The notes beneath the pieces were generated by a model. It worked only from the letters and a program-made list of their open reading frames with translations, ran no database searches and was not told the origin of the DNA. A program made the position numbers and the translations under genes. From positions 1 to 60,247 of IMG/VR virus record IMGVR_UViG_3300023118_000002: a stretch of DNA of 60,247 nucleotides; one strand, written 5' to 3'. Source of the stretch: a virus (taxonomy: Duplodnaviria > Caudoviricetes). Every line of letters begins with the position of its first letter. Within the stretch, counting starts at the first letter, position 1. This document shows, piece after piece, positions 34,031-43,062 of this stretch.

Positions 34031-36766
34031 CTACTTGTCAAGTGCTGAGTACAGTGTACTGGTAGAGATACCTAGTCTAGATGCAATCTCCGCAACTGTA
34101 TAGTTGCCTGATGCTAACATGGACTGGGCTAATGCAAGGCTAGCATTGTTAACCTTGGGCCTATCTCTTGGTGTGGCGAGGGATCTAAGATCTTCAACAT
34201 CTGTATTGTCAATGATCTGCTTAAGCTTACTGGCGGTAATGGCACCGGATTGAATGGCGTTCCATTCTTCATCAGTAATCTTAATCTTAATCTTACCAGC
34301 ACCAACCCTAGTACGTGCCTCAGTAAGGGCCATACCATTGACCTTCTTGAGGTCTGCCTTATCAATACCGGGGTTCGCTTCAACCTTAGCCCTTACAATA
34401 GACTGGGCCAACAACTGGGCTTGTCTTTCGAGGGGGGCATTCTTTAGAGCAATGTTTAGCTTAGCATTTAGAGACTTAACCTCATTACTGTAAACACTCT
34501 TAGCAGACTGGCTGTATGGAATGTTCTTAATAGTGAGGGACTCTTTTCTAGCTTCATTAGCAAGAGCCTTTAGACTATTAGCATGATCAGCATAGATGCG
34601 TTCAATTAGGGTACCACCATTACCAGACACAAGGGTATGTGCGTCATTGGTATAGGCGCCTTTCTTAACCTTCTCACGAGAGATGGTAACTTCACCCTTT
34701 TTGTTTGTATAGGTTTCATCAGCAATTACATAATGCTTGTTACCCTTAGCATCAGTCTCCCAATGAGAACCCTTTGGTACGTACATCTTCTCACCAGTAG
34801 CTGCATCAATAGGACCACCAAGGTGCACAGGCCGAGGCTTGCGAGCATCAATGTTTTTATCAGATGTAGTTCTAGAGATCAGTGTAGAGGCACCTTTTTT
34901 AGCACCATTCTGATACTTGCGCTTTAGCTCGTTAATGTTGTTGTCAAGAGCAGAAGCCTTGTAATCTAAGTTGTGTTTCTCAGCATCGATAACAACCATC
35001 GAATGACGAACAGCTCGAGCAATCTCACTTTCATGAGCACCCTTAATAGTCATGTCCGTAATTAGATTAGAAACATCACCCATAAGCTGTTGCTTAAGAC
35101 CGCCTGGATTCTTAGCTCCAGCAAGACCCTTAGTAGAATCTTTCGGAAGCTTGTACAACTCTTTAGGATCAAAGTTCTTAAGTCCACTAAGAGCGGCGGA
35201 AGTCTTAACTTTTCCGTCGTTATTAGGAATTACAAGAACTGTATCACCATCAAAGTCTGCACCTGACAGACGTTCTGCTACCTTGGCATTGATTCCAACT
35301 GCGTCCCTAGCATTCAAAGTAATTGAACGGCGAGCTTCCTTATTACTGTTGTTTACAGTAAGTTGTGGAATCTCAAAGATGCCACCATGAGGGTGACGAA
35401 CTAGAGTGACCACATCTCCATCGTGATACTTAGGAGCAAAGATTTCCGTTTCACTAAGACTGTTAATTGGAAGGATTACATGGTTTGCAGTTCTCGGAAG
35501 ACCAGTTGCTTGAAGTTTCACAGCTGAAGAATCAGCCTCGTCTGCATAAGTCTCGAGCAGCTTGCGCTTAACTCCAGGGTTTGTCAGAGCAAGGATGTCT
35601 TCTAGATCCGCACGCTTTGAGTTCTGCGTAAGATCCAACTGAGCTTTAGCAAGGGCCGGCGTCTGCTTCGAAAGGAACTGTGACGAGAAGTTATTAGACC
35701 AGGTGTACCAATCACCTTCCTCATTCACAATGTTCAGAGGCGAACGCTCAACCTTACCTGTCTTAGGATCTGTGTAACCCTTAGGCCGAGTAATAGAACC
35801 AAACGGATTCGATTCGTCTCCAGTCTGAGGCTTCAAAGCGTCTAGCTTGTTACCGGTATCTTTTTTGTTGGTATTGAACAGAATGTCAACGCCCTTAGGC
35901 AGATCATCCTTGTACATTGCCATACCCTTGATGTAGTGCGTACCATCAACAGGGACACGAACCTGAGCATAGTTTGCATTGCCCAAAGAAATGTCAGCGA
36001 CACCCGGACGAAGGTACATCACACCATCAGAAGCAGCACCACCGTCAGGACCATACTTAACCTCAACACGCTTCGAACTGATGTTAACAAGAGGGCCCAA
36101 ATCGGCGGCTTTCTTATTAGTATCAGGATCGATGTATTCAGCGATGCTATGGATTTTATCCTTGTTGTGATAAACCTCTTTAGCAGTTGTAGATTCGTGT
36201 ACTAAGACCTTCAAAGAAGTCTTCTTACCGGTACCTACCTGAGTTACGTCGGTGTAACGAATAACGTAACCCTGGTCCTTAAGCATAGCAATGCCCGTCT
36301 TAAGAGTCGTGTCACTGATTCCCATGTGGTTCTCAGTACCCTTACCGACATCGACATACTTGTACTTGTCAACGTTGTCTTTAAGGATGTTAGCAACAAC
36401 CTGGTTACGATTAGCACGCTCCTGAACAATGGGGTCCATAAGAGCCCGAACAGAAGATTCGTTCATACCCAACTGCTTACCGATTGCGCTGTTGCTCATA
36501 CCCTTATCTTTAAGAGCCATGATACGACGAGTTTTCTCGGCACGAACATCGTTAGAAGAGATAGAGCGGCGAGCACGGAGATCAGCTGTAGAACTAAAAC
36601 CCAGTCCCTCAGCAATCTTAACCTCACTCAAACCCTTCTTCTTAAGATCTTCATAGGCTGCTAGAAAGCTGACGCCACTTTGGTAAGGGTCTTCACCTGA
36701 ACCCCAAGGATAGCGTCCTGAGTGATGCGGAGTACCATAGTGAGCGAGCGTTGATTCGTCATTCAC
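34031..36766 (-). CDS. single-subunit two-barrel RNA polymerase (YonO/cellular RdRP-like) with HTH domains
   Basis: SGADFDGD at 35243-35266 preceded by LVRHP; upstream SDG and AQVR..YIKGM; three HTH-like segments; AAGGAG before GTG 36766. Confidence 0.8.
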   Translation of the reverse strand: MNDESTLAHYGTPHHSGRYPWGSGEDPYQSGVSFLAAYEDLKKKGLSEVKIAEGLGFSSTADLRARRSISSNDVRAEKTRRIMALKDKGMSNSAIGKQLGMNESSVRALMDPIVQERANRNQVVANILKDNVDKYKYVDVGKGTENHMGISDTTLKTGIAMLKDQGYVIRYTDVTQVGTGKKTSLKVLVHESTTAKEVYHNKDKIHSIAEYIDPDTNKKAADLGPLVNISSKRVEVKYGPDGGAASDGVMYLRPGVADISLGNANYAQVRVPVDGTHYIKGMAMYKDDLPKGVDILFNTNKKDTGNKLDALKPQTGDESNPFGSITRPKGYTDPKTGKVERSPLNIVNEEGDWYTWSNNFSSQFLSKQTPALAKAQLDLTQNSKRADLEDILALTNPGVKRKLLETYADEADSSAVKLQATGLPRTANHVILPINSLSETEIFAPKYHDGDVVTLVRHPHGGIFEIPQLTVNNSNKEARRSITLNARDAVGINAKVAERLSGADFDGDTVLVIPNNDGKVKTSAALSGLKNFDPKELYKLPKDSTKGLAGAKNPGGLKQQLMGDVSNLITDMTIKGAHESEIARAVRHSMVVIDAEKHNLDYKASALDNNINELKRKYQNGAKKGASTLISRTTSDKNIDARKPRPVHLGGPIDAATGEKMYVPKGSHWETDAKGNKHYVIADETYTNKKGEVTISREKVKKGAYTNDAHTLVSGNGGTLIERIYADHANSLKALANEARKESLTIKNIPYSQSAKSVYSNEVKSLNAKLNIALKNAPLERQAQLLAQSIVRAKVEANPGIDKADLKKVNGMALTEARTRVGAGKIKIKITDEEWNAIQSGAITASKLKQIIDNTDVEDLRSLATPRDRPKVNNASLALAQSMLASGNYTVAEIASRLGISTSTLYSALDK

Positions 36767-37346
36767 CGAAGGTCTCCTTATCGATCTCAGTAATGCGGCG
36801 GTCAAAGGTTTTGATTGAATCGATGATGTGCATCAAGTCATCCAGATCCGGAACATAGATCTCAACTGCATCGCCCTTGTAGATACGAAGTTCGATGTCG
36901 ATGTCGGCCGGGTTGTGACCATACTCGAGACAAAAGATGCAGGCATAGATTTCAAGCTGGCGCATGTAAGTACGAGTAGTACCAGTCTTGAGATCATGAA
37001 TGCGAAGCATCCAACGTTCAGTCTTGGGATCGTAACGGAATGAAATGGTGTCAGCTGTACCGAAACAATTTGGAGAGTAGTACAAAGGCTGCTCTGGCTG
37101 CATTTTGAAACCGATACCGTCATTGACGTAAAGGTTCATAGTCTTACGAACGTCAGGCATTTTAACCCGAAGCGCGATCAGTTCTGCAGCGAGAGCGTGC
37201 TTACGATCTCCGAGCCTAGCTGCCTGAGCAGTGTAGACTCTTTTGTCCATAGCTTCTTCATCATAGTTAGTCCAGCTCGGGTTGCTGGGTGCCATGAGGT
37301 TAGCGTGCTTACCTGCCAACTCGTAGTGCGGATTGAAGCGCATCAA
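36759..37346 (-). CDS. PD-(D/E)XK Cas4/RecB-like exonuclease
   Basis: GDRKH, PEQ, FGTAD, IHDLKTG, QLEIYA motifs. Confidence 0.8.
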   Translation of the reverse strand: MMRFNPHYELAGKHANLMAPSNPSWTNYDEEAMDKRVYTAQAARLGDRKHALAAELIALRVKMPDVRKTMNLYVNDGIGFKMQPEQPLYYSPNCFGTADTISFRYDPKTERWMLRIHDLKTGTTRTYMRQLEIYACIFCLEYGHNPADIDIELRIYKGDAVEIYVPDLDDLMHIIDSIKTFDRRITEIDKETFGE

Positions 37347-37617
37347 GAACCTCCTCTTTGTTTTCTGGATAGATAAACGCGGAGAATGACATCTGGTTCA
37401 TCTGATCAACAAACCAATCCTGGTTAGGCTGATGAGGTGCGTCTTCAGACTTTTTAACTTCTAATGCTGCCCAGCGATTCTTCCATAGAATCAGAAGGTC
37501 GGGAATTCCTTGCTGGTAGCCGGAGTCGTTCTTTTGGATTATGCATCCCGGGAACAGTTCACGCAGCTCTTTAATCAAGTCTGCCTGAAAGTCCCTTTCT
37601 AGTTTAGAGGTCATCAT
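37309..37617 (-). CDS. VRR-NUC endonuclease / Holliday junction resolvase
   Basis: LERDFQ, GIPDL, ALEVK, PNQ motifs. Confidence 0.85.
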   Translation of the reverse strand: MMTSKLERDFQADLIKELRELFPGCIIQKNDSGYQQGIPDLLILWKNRWAALEVKKSEDAPHQPNQDWFVDQMNQMSFSAFIYPENKEEVLDALQSALRVGR

Positions 37618-37679
37618 TTTCTCCTTTAGACAAAAAGGGAAGAATTGCAGAGCCAAAAGCTACTGATATTCTATCTCCT

Positions 37680-37706
37680 TCATTATAACAGATGTTCTTG
37701 GTGCGA
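37680..37706 (-). promoter_or_regulatory. phage promoter motif copy 7, upstream of VRR-NUC/exonuclease/polymerase
   Basis: TCGC ACCAAGA ACA TCTGT TATAATGA. Confidence 0.75.
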
Positions 37707-37708
37707 TA

Positions 37709-38001
37709 GTATGCTATAAAGTCGAGGAAGCTAGACAAAAAAATTATCACATGTAAAAAACACAAATCTCAAATATTTTGGGCAAAAAACTTTTCTGTAG
37801 GAAATTTGATTTTATAGCATGCTATAATTCTAAAATTCTCGCGTAAAGAGTTTATAGCAAAATATTTGTGTTTTTGTGCAGAGGATTTCCCGGAATTCCG
37901 GGGTTTTTAGGGGGTGTCTCAAAAAAACCGTTTCTAAGACACCCCCAAAACCCTCGACTTTATAGCATACACCTCGGCCTACTTGTATGCTATAAAGTCG
38001 G
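37709..38001. repeat. AT-rich non-coding region with inverted iterons; candidate replication origin
   Basis: GTATGCTATAAAGTCGAGG at 37709-37727, exact inverse at 37952-37970, partial copy at 37985-38001; palindrome TTATAGCATGCTATAA at 37812-37827. Confidence 0.7.
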
Positions 38002-38008
38002 GAAAAAA

Positions 38009-38572
38009 CTACGCATCGAGATAACGAAATGTAAACCCGTGATGGGTCCTAGAGCGTCCGTCACCCCTCAAACAGATGTAAATAGCATTCGCATCACCTG
38101 AAATAGCCTGTGCACATGCTCTCACCGAGTCATAGATTTCTCCTGTTTCTATGATCTGAACTCTGCGAGCCATCCGTCTAAGGCGCTTCCAGTCCCCTGT
38201 GTCTTCCCTTCTGAATATGACTGGGGTACCGTCTGATAGATTCCATCTGAGGTTAAACACGTTTAAGTTACGCGGATCACCATCGACAAAGTCTGGACTC
38301 AACAGAGTAAAGTCAACCGCATTGTAGAAGGCTACAAGCATCAATCTCCAGACAGGTCCATGAAAAGCCCAGTCGTAATACTCAAATGCAACCCAAACAT
38401 CGTGTGTCTTTCGGTCTATGGCCGTCTTTACGTAGTCCTGAGTATCGCTATTAAACACTCTTCCATATGAGCTCACACTCATGTTAGGGAAATGCCTAAT
38501 AGGTCTCCAAATCTCAGGTTCTTGATACATCCAATCACTCCCCATTGAAATACAGAATCCTAACTTGTCCAA
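38009..38572 (-). CDS. NUMOD4 / degenerate HNH / NUMOD1 protein
   Basis: EIWRPI..F...VSSYGRVFN; DGDPRNLNVFNLRW; IIETGEIYDSVRACA. Confidence 0.7.
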   Translation of the reverse strand: MDKLGFCISMGSDWMYQEPEIWRPIRHFPNMSVSSYGRVFNSDTQDYVKTAIDRKTHDVWVAFEYYDWAFHGPVWRLMLVAFYNAVDFTLLSPDFVDGDPRNLNVFNLRWNLSDGTPVIFRREDTGDWKRLRRMARRVQIIETGEIYDSVRACAQAISGDANAIYICLRGDGRSRTHHGFTFRYLDA

Positions 38573-38819
38573 CCGGGATCTGGAAATCTAAAAAGAAATC
38601 CGACCGATAGTCGTAACTATGTATTAGGAGGCCACAGCCGGCATTGTAAGCCTGTCTCTTAGCCTCTGTGGACTGTTGCCTATACTTCTCAACTTCGTAG
38701 CCTCTAACGTCCACAGAGCCATCTGTGTGCACTTCGAAAGCAGGAGAGAAGTTGAGCTTTATAGGACTAACGGCCCCGGGCAAGATAAGCTTCCAATGAT
38801 CCGTAGGCTTCAATCTCAT
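38535..38819 (-). CDS. hypothetical protein
   Basis: 94 aa ORF filling the gap. Confidence 0.5.
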   Translation of the reverse strand: MRLKPTDHWKLILPGAVSPIKLNFSPAFEVHTDGSVDVRGYEVEKYRQQSTEAKRQAYNAGCGLLIHSYDYRSDFFLDFQIPVGQVRILYFNGE

Positions 38820-38997
38820 CGGCAGTACTCAAAAGTTCAGATTTCATTTGCTTAGACCATATAGCGTTATGTCCAGCTCGATCTAGATCTTTGATTACGG
38901 CATCAAGAATCCTCGACTGAAATCTCAAGTTAGCTACGTATTCCAGCATTTGCAGTTCTTCCATAGATTTATCGTGATAGTCTTTACCGTCAGCCAC
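38767..38997 (-). CDS. hypothetical protein
   Basis: 76 aa ORF; C-terminus resembles that of 38990..39253. Confidence 0.6.
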   Translation of the reverse strand: MADGKDYHDKSMEELQMLEYVANLRFQSRILDAVIKDLDRAGHNAIWSKQMKSELLSTADEIEAYGSLEAYLARGR

Positions 38998-39253
38998 GGT
39001 TGCCCCCCGTCTTAAATTCGGTCAAAGACCCGGCAGCCTTTAACTGATCGAGCCTAATTTGAAGACTCTCAATGCGAGCACTAGTGTGGACAGGCTTGCC
39101 AATCCTGATACCGTTAGCCATGTTCTTGAGATCTTCCTCAACGGCCTGCATGTTAAAGATCTGACTCTCAACCCAGAGCTCGAGTAACTTTTTCATTCCG
39201 TCCTCAGCGGCTTCGGGCTTACCAAACATCTGCTCATAAAAATCACTCATCAT
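38990..39253 (-). CDS. hypothetical protein
   Basis: GGAGTAAATGATG start context. Confidence 0.65.
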   Translation of the reverse strand: MMSDFYEQMFGKPEAAEDGMKKLLELWVESQIFNMQAVEEDLKNMANGIRIGKPVHTSARIESLQIRLDQLKAAGSLTEFKTGGNRG

Positions 39254-39259
39254 TTACTC

Positions 39260-40498
39260 CTATGCTGCTTTCGCGTATACCGACTTGTAGTATTTGTTCT
39301 CGTTAAAGGTTTTCTTAGTTGCTATCGCTTTCGAAATTGCGTTATCAATGGGACTGTTGGATCTGAGCGTGTAGTAGTATAGATCTGTATACGGGGTGTT
39401 GAGCCGATCAATTCTTCCCATTGACTGTTCCATGATACGGTACGAGTAATTGAGAGACCAGAAAACAATCGTGTCAGTAGTGATGCAATTCCAACCCTCT
39501 GCCCCAGCCGTATATTGAACAAAATATAGCCAGCGCTCTTTATCAGGTATCTCTTCATGCTTTTGACCATTATACTCCGCATATTCAGACAAAGTAGAGC
39601 TACCAAGTGTCCTTAGCATCTCTAATTCGTAATTGAAATTGTAGAAGACAATCAACCTTGGATGCTTTTCCATCAACTGCATCAAGGCGCCATACCGATC
39701 TTTATCCGTATTGACGACTTTTCGCATCAGGCCAAACATCTCCTGCACATCCTTGATTGGACGTTCCTCATAGATATGCCAGCGGTCTTTAACTACACGA
39801 TTAAAGAGTCCTTCGTCATAATTGACGATAATATTGGAAGTATGTCTCGTTGTCCGTCGTAGATAAGGCATCTCAACCAGCACACGTTGACGAAGTGCGT
39901 TGAGATGACGGGTTTCCACATAATGATCGATTTTTGGGAACGAGGAGAAGTTGTTGTAAACCACGTGCCGCCTTGTGAATTCCTTTCGATTTTTATAGAA
40001 CCCATTGGCAATGAAAATCGGTGCATAGTCCATCCACGTATCACCCGGGGTCGCAGAAAGGACCACCCACTTATTGGCCTTAGCAATCTTAAGGAAGGCC
40101 TTAACCCAAGCTCCACTACCAACAAGCCGTTGCTCGTCAAAAATGAAAAACGCATTAGTTACCTCCTTATATGATTCGATATTGTTCCAGGAATCAACCT
40201 TGACCTTTGTTTTACCGTTAACGGAAGTACCGTCAGCCGATAGTCCAAACGGCGGAAGTTCTGCTTCCCACTCAAGTGAGTTTCGCTTTTTCGCCGTAGT
40301 GATGATATAAAGGTCTCTAGGCTTTCTAGCATCGAACCAATCACCTTTACCATTGATTCGAACGCCTCCCTCAGCGACGTAAGCCCAGTAATAAAAGATC
40401 GCAGTACGGCTCTTGCCTGTGCCGACACCACCTTTGAGGACACATCCATTATGCATCTCCTTTGCTGCTTTGATTTGATGTGGGTCTAGCTCAAGCAT
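39260..40498 (-). CDS. superfamily 2 DNA helicase
   Basis: GGVGTGKS, FIFDE, LSATP, GAEGWN, QSMGRIDR. Confidence 0.9.
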   Translation of the reverse strand: MLELDPHQIKAAKEMHNGCVLKGGVGTGKSRTAIFYYWAYVAEGGVRINGKGDWFDARKPRDLYIITTAKKRNSLEWEAELPPFGLSADGTSVNGKTKVKVDSWNNIESYKEVTNAFFIFDEQRLVGSGAWVKAFLKIAKANKWVVLSATPGDTWMDYAPIFIANGFYKNRKEFTRRHVVYNNFSSFPKIDHYVETRHLNALRQRVLVEMPYLRRTTRHTSNIIVNYDEGLFNRVVKDRWHIYEERPIKDVQEMFGLMRKVVNTDKDRYGALMQLMEKHPRLIVFYNFNYELEMLRTLGSSTLSEYAEYNGQKHEEIPDKERWLYFVQYTAGAEGWNCITTDTIVFWSLNYSYRIMEQSMGRIDRLNTPYTDLYYYTLRSNSPIDNAISKAIATKKTFNENKYYKSVYAKAA

Positions 40499-40679
40499 CA
40501 AGTTTCCTGTAACCGAGTGCCATATGTAGCTGCTTAGGCGCATCGGGCTCAACCAACTGCATAGTGTCCGCTACAGCCTGAGCTACACTATCCGAGAAAG
40601 TTTTCTTCGTGAGCTTCTTAGGGATCTTAACTATTATCTGGCCGTGGCCTTCTATGTTAATTTTAATTTTAGCCATCAC
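40491..40679 (-). CDS. hypothetical protein
   Basis: 62 aa ORF filling the gap. Confidence 0.55.
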   Translation of the reverse strand: MMAKIKINIEGHGQIIVKIPKKLTKKTFSDSVAQAVADTMQLVEPDAPKQLHMALGYRKLDA

Positions 40680-40971
40680 GCTCCACTAGATGCAAGTTAG
40701 TAACACAGTTGTCTGAATAATCCCCCGAGATATGCCGCACATCCACTTCCTCGCCGTAGTTTACAAAGAATGCTTGAGCTACAAGACGATGCACAAAGAA
40801 GTTTTTAGCAACACCATTACGTGAGAGTTTTACAATGAGCTTACCCACGTTTTTTGAGTGCACCCACGGCTTTAGATCTCGGTTATGCTTAGCGTTTACC
40901 ACCGTGCCATAATTGCTAACCGCGTAGTTGGGATATCCCTCAATCTCGACAAAGACTTCTTCTACCTGCAT
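40669..40971 (-). CDS. NUMOD4-HNH homing-endonuclease-like protein
   Basis: IEGYPNYAVSNYG; VHRLVAQAF; VRH..GD..DN...NL. Confidence 0.8.
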   Translation of the reverse strand: MQVEEVFVEIEGYPNYAVSNYGTVVNAKHNRDLKPWVHSKNVGKLIVKLSRNGVAKNFFVHRLVAQAFFVNYGEEVDVRHISGDYSDNCVTNLHLVERDG

Positions 40972-41135
40972 TATTTCCCCCTATTTTGGCACGAATCCCA
41001 GTGTCCACCATATGCACGAAGCCAGCCTGTATAAGGCCCATTGCAATGCGTACAAAACTCCTCACGACCAATGAGAAGTCTGTTAAAAGCTTTATGCAAT
41101 CGTGTTGCTAGTCGAAGTAAATTGATCTTCATTAC

Positions 41136-41441
41136 TTACCCCCACAGTTTGGTATAGCGTAGCTTCCAGCATTTGGTGCAAACGTAAATATAGACATCGT
41201 TGTTGTAAACCCCTCTTCGAACGTACTTAAGCTGACAACGGTGTTCCATACCGGTCTTCTCCAACTCTTTGATGTGATCTTGCAACCCTTTAAAGGTGCG
41301 TATCTCATTTATTGTCATGAACTGCATGAGATCGGCATCGGACCATTGGGTGTAGGCTACGTTATTTTTCTGTGTCTTTTTTGATGTTTTCTTCAACCGC
41401 TTGAGTAGCCACTTCAACCAAATTAGCACCATCTGCACCAT
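41136..41441 (-). CDS. hypothetical protein, start uncertain
   Basis: C-terminal H.C and CTKC; real start probably near 41363. Confidence 0.5.
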   Translation of the reverse strand: MVQMVLIWLKWLLKRLKKTSKKTQKNNVAYTQWSDADLMQFMTINEIRTFKGLQDHIKELEKTGMEHRCQLKYVRRGVYNNDVYIYVCTKCWKLRYTKLWG

Positions 41442-41583
41442 GCACCTCCTTTACGTGATCCTCGACATCGGTCAAAGCAATGGGCTTAGCACAAGACCCA
41501 CACATGTAATAGCTTTTTCTCCACGGGTTACCATCAGGCGCCGGCAACTTCAGCAGCGTTACGATCTTCATCAATTTCTCCAA
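41362..41583 (-). CDS. small C2H2-type zinc-finger protein
   Basis: CGSC...HVKEVH. Confidence 0.55.
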   Translation of the reverse strand: MEKLMKIVTLLKLPAPDGNPWRKSYYMCGSCAKPIALTDVEDHVKEVHGADGANLVEVATQAVEENIKKDTEK

Positions 41584-41776
41584 ATAACTGTTTAACTAAT
41601 CTGTAAGGACTTCGGTTTGAATGCTTATCCTTATTAGCAAGGCTTACGGCCCAACTTTTGCCAGCCCAATAAGGCTCTAAGATGGCTTTGCGTCTTAGAT
41701 TCATAACACGGCCATCTTCGCACACCCAATAATTAGGAAACCCGGGAACCTGCTTCCATCTAAGCTTCCAAATCAC
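41534..41776 (-). CDS. NUMOD4-like protein
   Basis: WKQVPGFPNYWVCEDGRVMN. Confidence 0.65.
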   Translation of the reverse strand: MIWKLRWKQVPGFPNYWVCEDGRVMNLRRKAILEPYWAGKSWAVSLANKDKHSNRSPYRLVKQLFGEIDEDRNAAEVAGA

Positions 41777-41957
41777 GCTTAGCTCTCCACTCCGCTACCC
41801 AATCTGGAAGATGTTCTGGACATGCGTGCCAACCTTCTTTAGAATGAAACCATCCTTGTTGCCCACCAGAGTGTATATACCCCCACTTATGGTTCTTAAA
41901 CCGGTTTGTACAACCCTCAACAGAACAGTAAATATACTCATCTGCGCCGTCCTTCAT
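41760..41957 (-). CDS. small Cys/His zinc-binding protein
   Basis: CSVEGC...GW...CPEH. Confidence 0.6.
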   Translation of the reverse strand: MKDGADEYIYCSVEGCTNRFKNHKWGYIHSGGQQGWFHSKEGWHACPEHLPDWVAEWRAKRDLEA

Positions 41958-42148
41958 CAGACAAGCTTATCTACTGCACGCTTGATAGCTTTTACAAGCT
42001 CCTTAGTTTCGAAGTTGACAACCCCTTCAGTATCATCAACGTTCTGTCGTGATTCGATCGGGAGCTCAAATGTAGTGAGCTTGTTTTCGACGTATGACCC
42101 CTCGAGCCGAATTAGTAGCTCTACATGGATTATTTCTTTGTCAGCCAT
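41957..42148 (-). CDS. hypothetical protein
   Basis: 63 aa, GGAGG RBS, coupled stop/start. Confidence 0.6.
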   Translation of the reverse strand: MADKEIIHVELLIRLEGSYVENKLTTFELPIESRQNVDDTEGVVNFETKELVKAIKRAVDKLV

Positions 42149-42396
42149 TACTTAGCCTCCACAAGCGTGTACATTTGAATATTGTTCAGGTCTGTTAGAA
42201 TGTCAAACAGTTCAAAATCTATAGACTTCATTCCCGGGTCTTGCAATATTGTATGGCCTGGAATTAACACCGGATCATTTGCACGCCATGTAAATACGGT
42301 AGTTAACACTCGGGGAAATTCGAAGGTGGTCTTGGTATTGTCATCTTCAATTATTATGGTGACTTTTTTTGCACGCACTAAATTTATGTCGTTCAC
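42148..42396 (-). CDS. hypothetical protein
   Basis: Extended RBS before GTG. Confidence 0.65.
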   Translation of the reverse strand: MNDINLVRAKKVTIIIEDDNTKTTFEFPRVLTTVFTWRANDPVLIPGHTILQDPGMKSIDFELFDILTDLNNIQMYTLVEAK

Positions 42397-42596
42397 AACT
42401 ATTCTCCTTTCAAGAAAATATAGGTTGGTGGAAGGGCGGTTAGAAGAGTGTAAGACCTCAACTAACCGCCCCCTGACCCATTAATACCCGGGGAAGCAAC
42501 TCCCAGACATTTGGCGGTCACATAGCCCTTTATGGACACTGTAAATATGGCAGGGGCTTTCTACCTGGACGACTTCTCCAGTGCATACCTTTTACT

Positions 42597-42716
42597 TGTC
42601 ATGGTGGGCACGATGTAGTTGCTAGCTACGCTGTTGTTTGAGATATGCGCCGGATTCGGTGCGCCATCCCCACCCGCTCTGAGCTTAAGACACTATTTAA
42701 AGACGCTCAGACGTCT
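42597..42716 (-). ncRNA. pistol self-cleaving ribozyme
   Basis: P1 AGACG/CGUCU with loop UCUGAG pairing to CUCAGA; UUAAAUAG; P2 UGUC/GACA; UUAAG; GCG; P3 GGUGGG/CCCACC; scissile A-U at 42602/42601. Confidence 0.9.
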
Positions 42717-43062
42717 ACTGGTTCATTGTGATTGCGATTTCAGAAAGCTGCATATACTCCTGAGCCAAGACTTCCTTTGACAAGACTCGAACTCTAACAA
42801 ACGTCCCGTCCCGATCAGGCAAGACCACAACAATCTGCCCAGGTTTGAGCCACACAATACCAAAAGGACTTTTACTTCGCCACCAGAGAACTGCACCATC
42901 GGTCTTTTCATAGTCAAGATCACTGGTTCGAAACGCCGGAATCCCACCGAGGGAAAGCCAATTTTGAATATCACCAACATTTTCTTCGGTGCATTCAACC
43001 GCAAACTCAGCTTCAGTGATAGGAATAACTCTTTCAACCTTAAGCATCGGGCGCCTTCCCAT
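42715..43062 (-). CDS. hypothetical protein, possibly related to 46448..46741
   Basis: EAV...EN...I..W and KPGQIVV pattern. Confidence 0.6.
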   Translation of the reverse strand: MGRRPMLKVERVIPITEAEFAVECTEENVGDIQNWLSLGGIPAFRTSDLDYEKTDGAVLWWRSKSPFGIVWLKPGQIVVVLPDRDGTFVRVRVLSKEVLAQEYMQLSEIAITMNQ

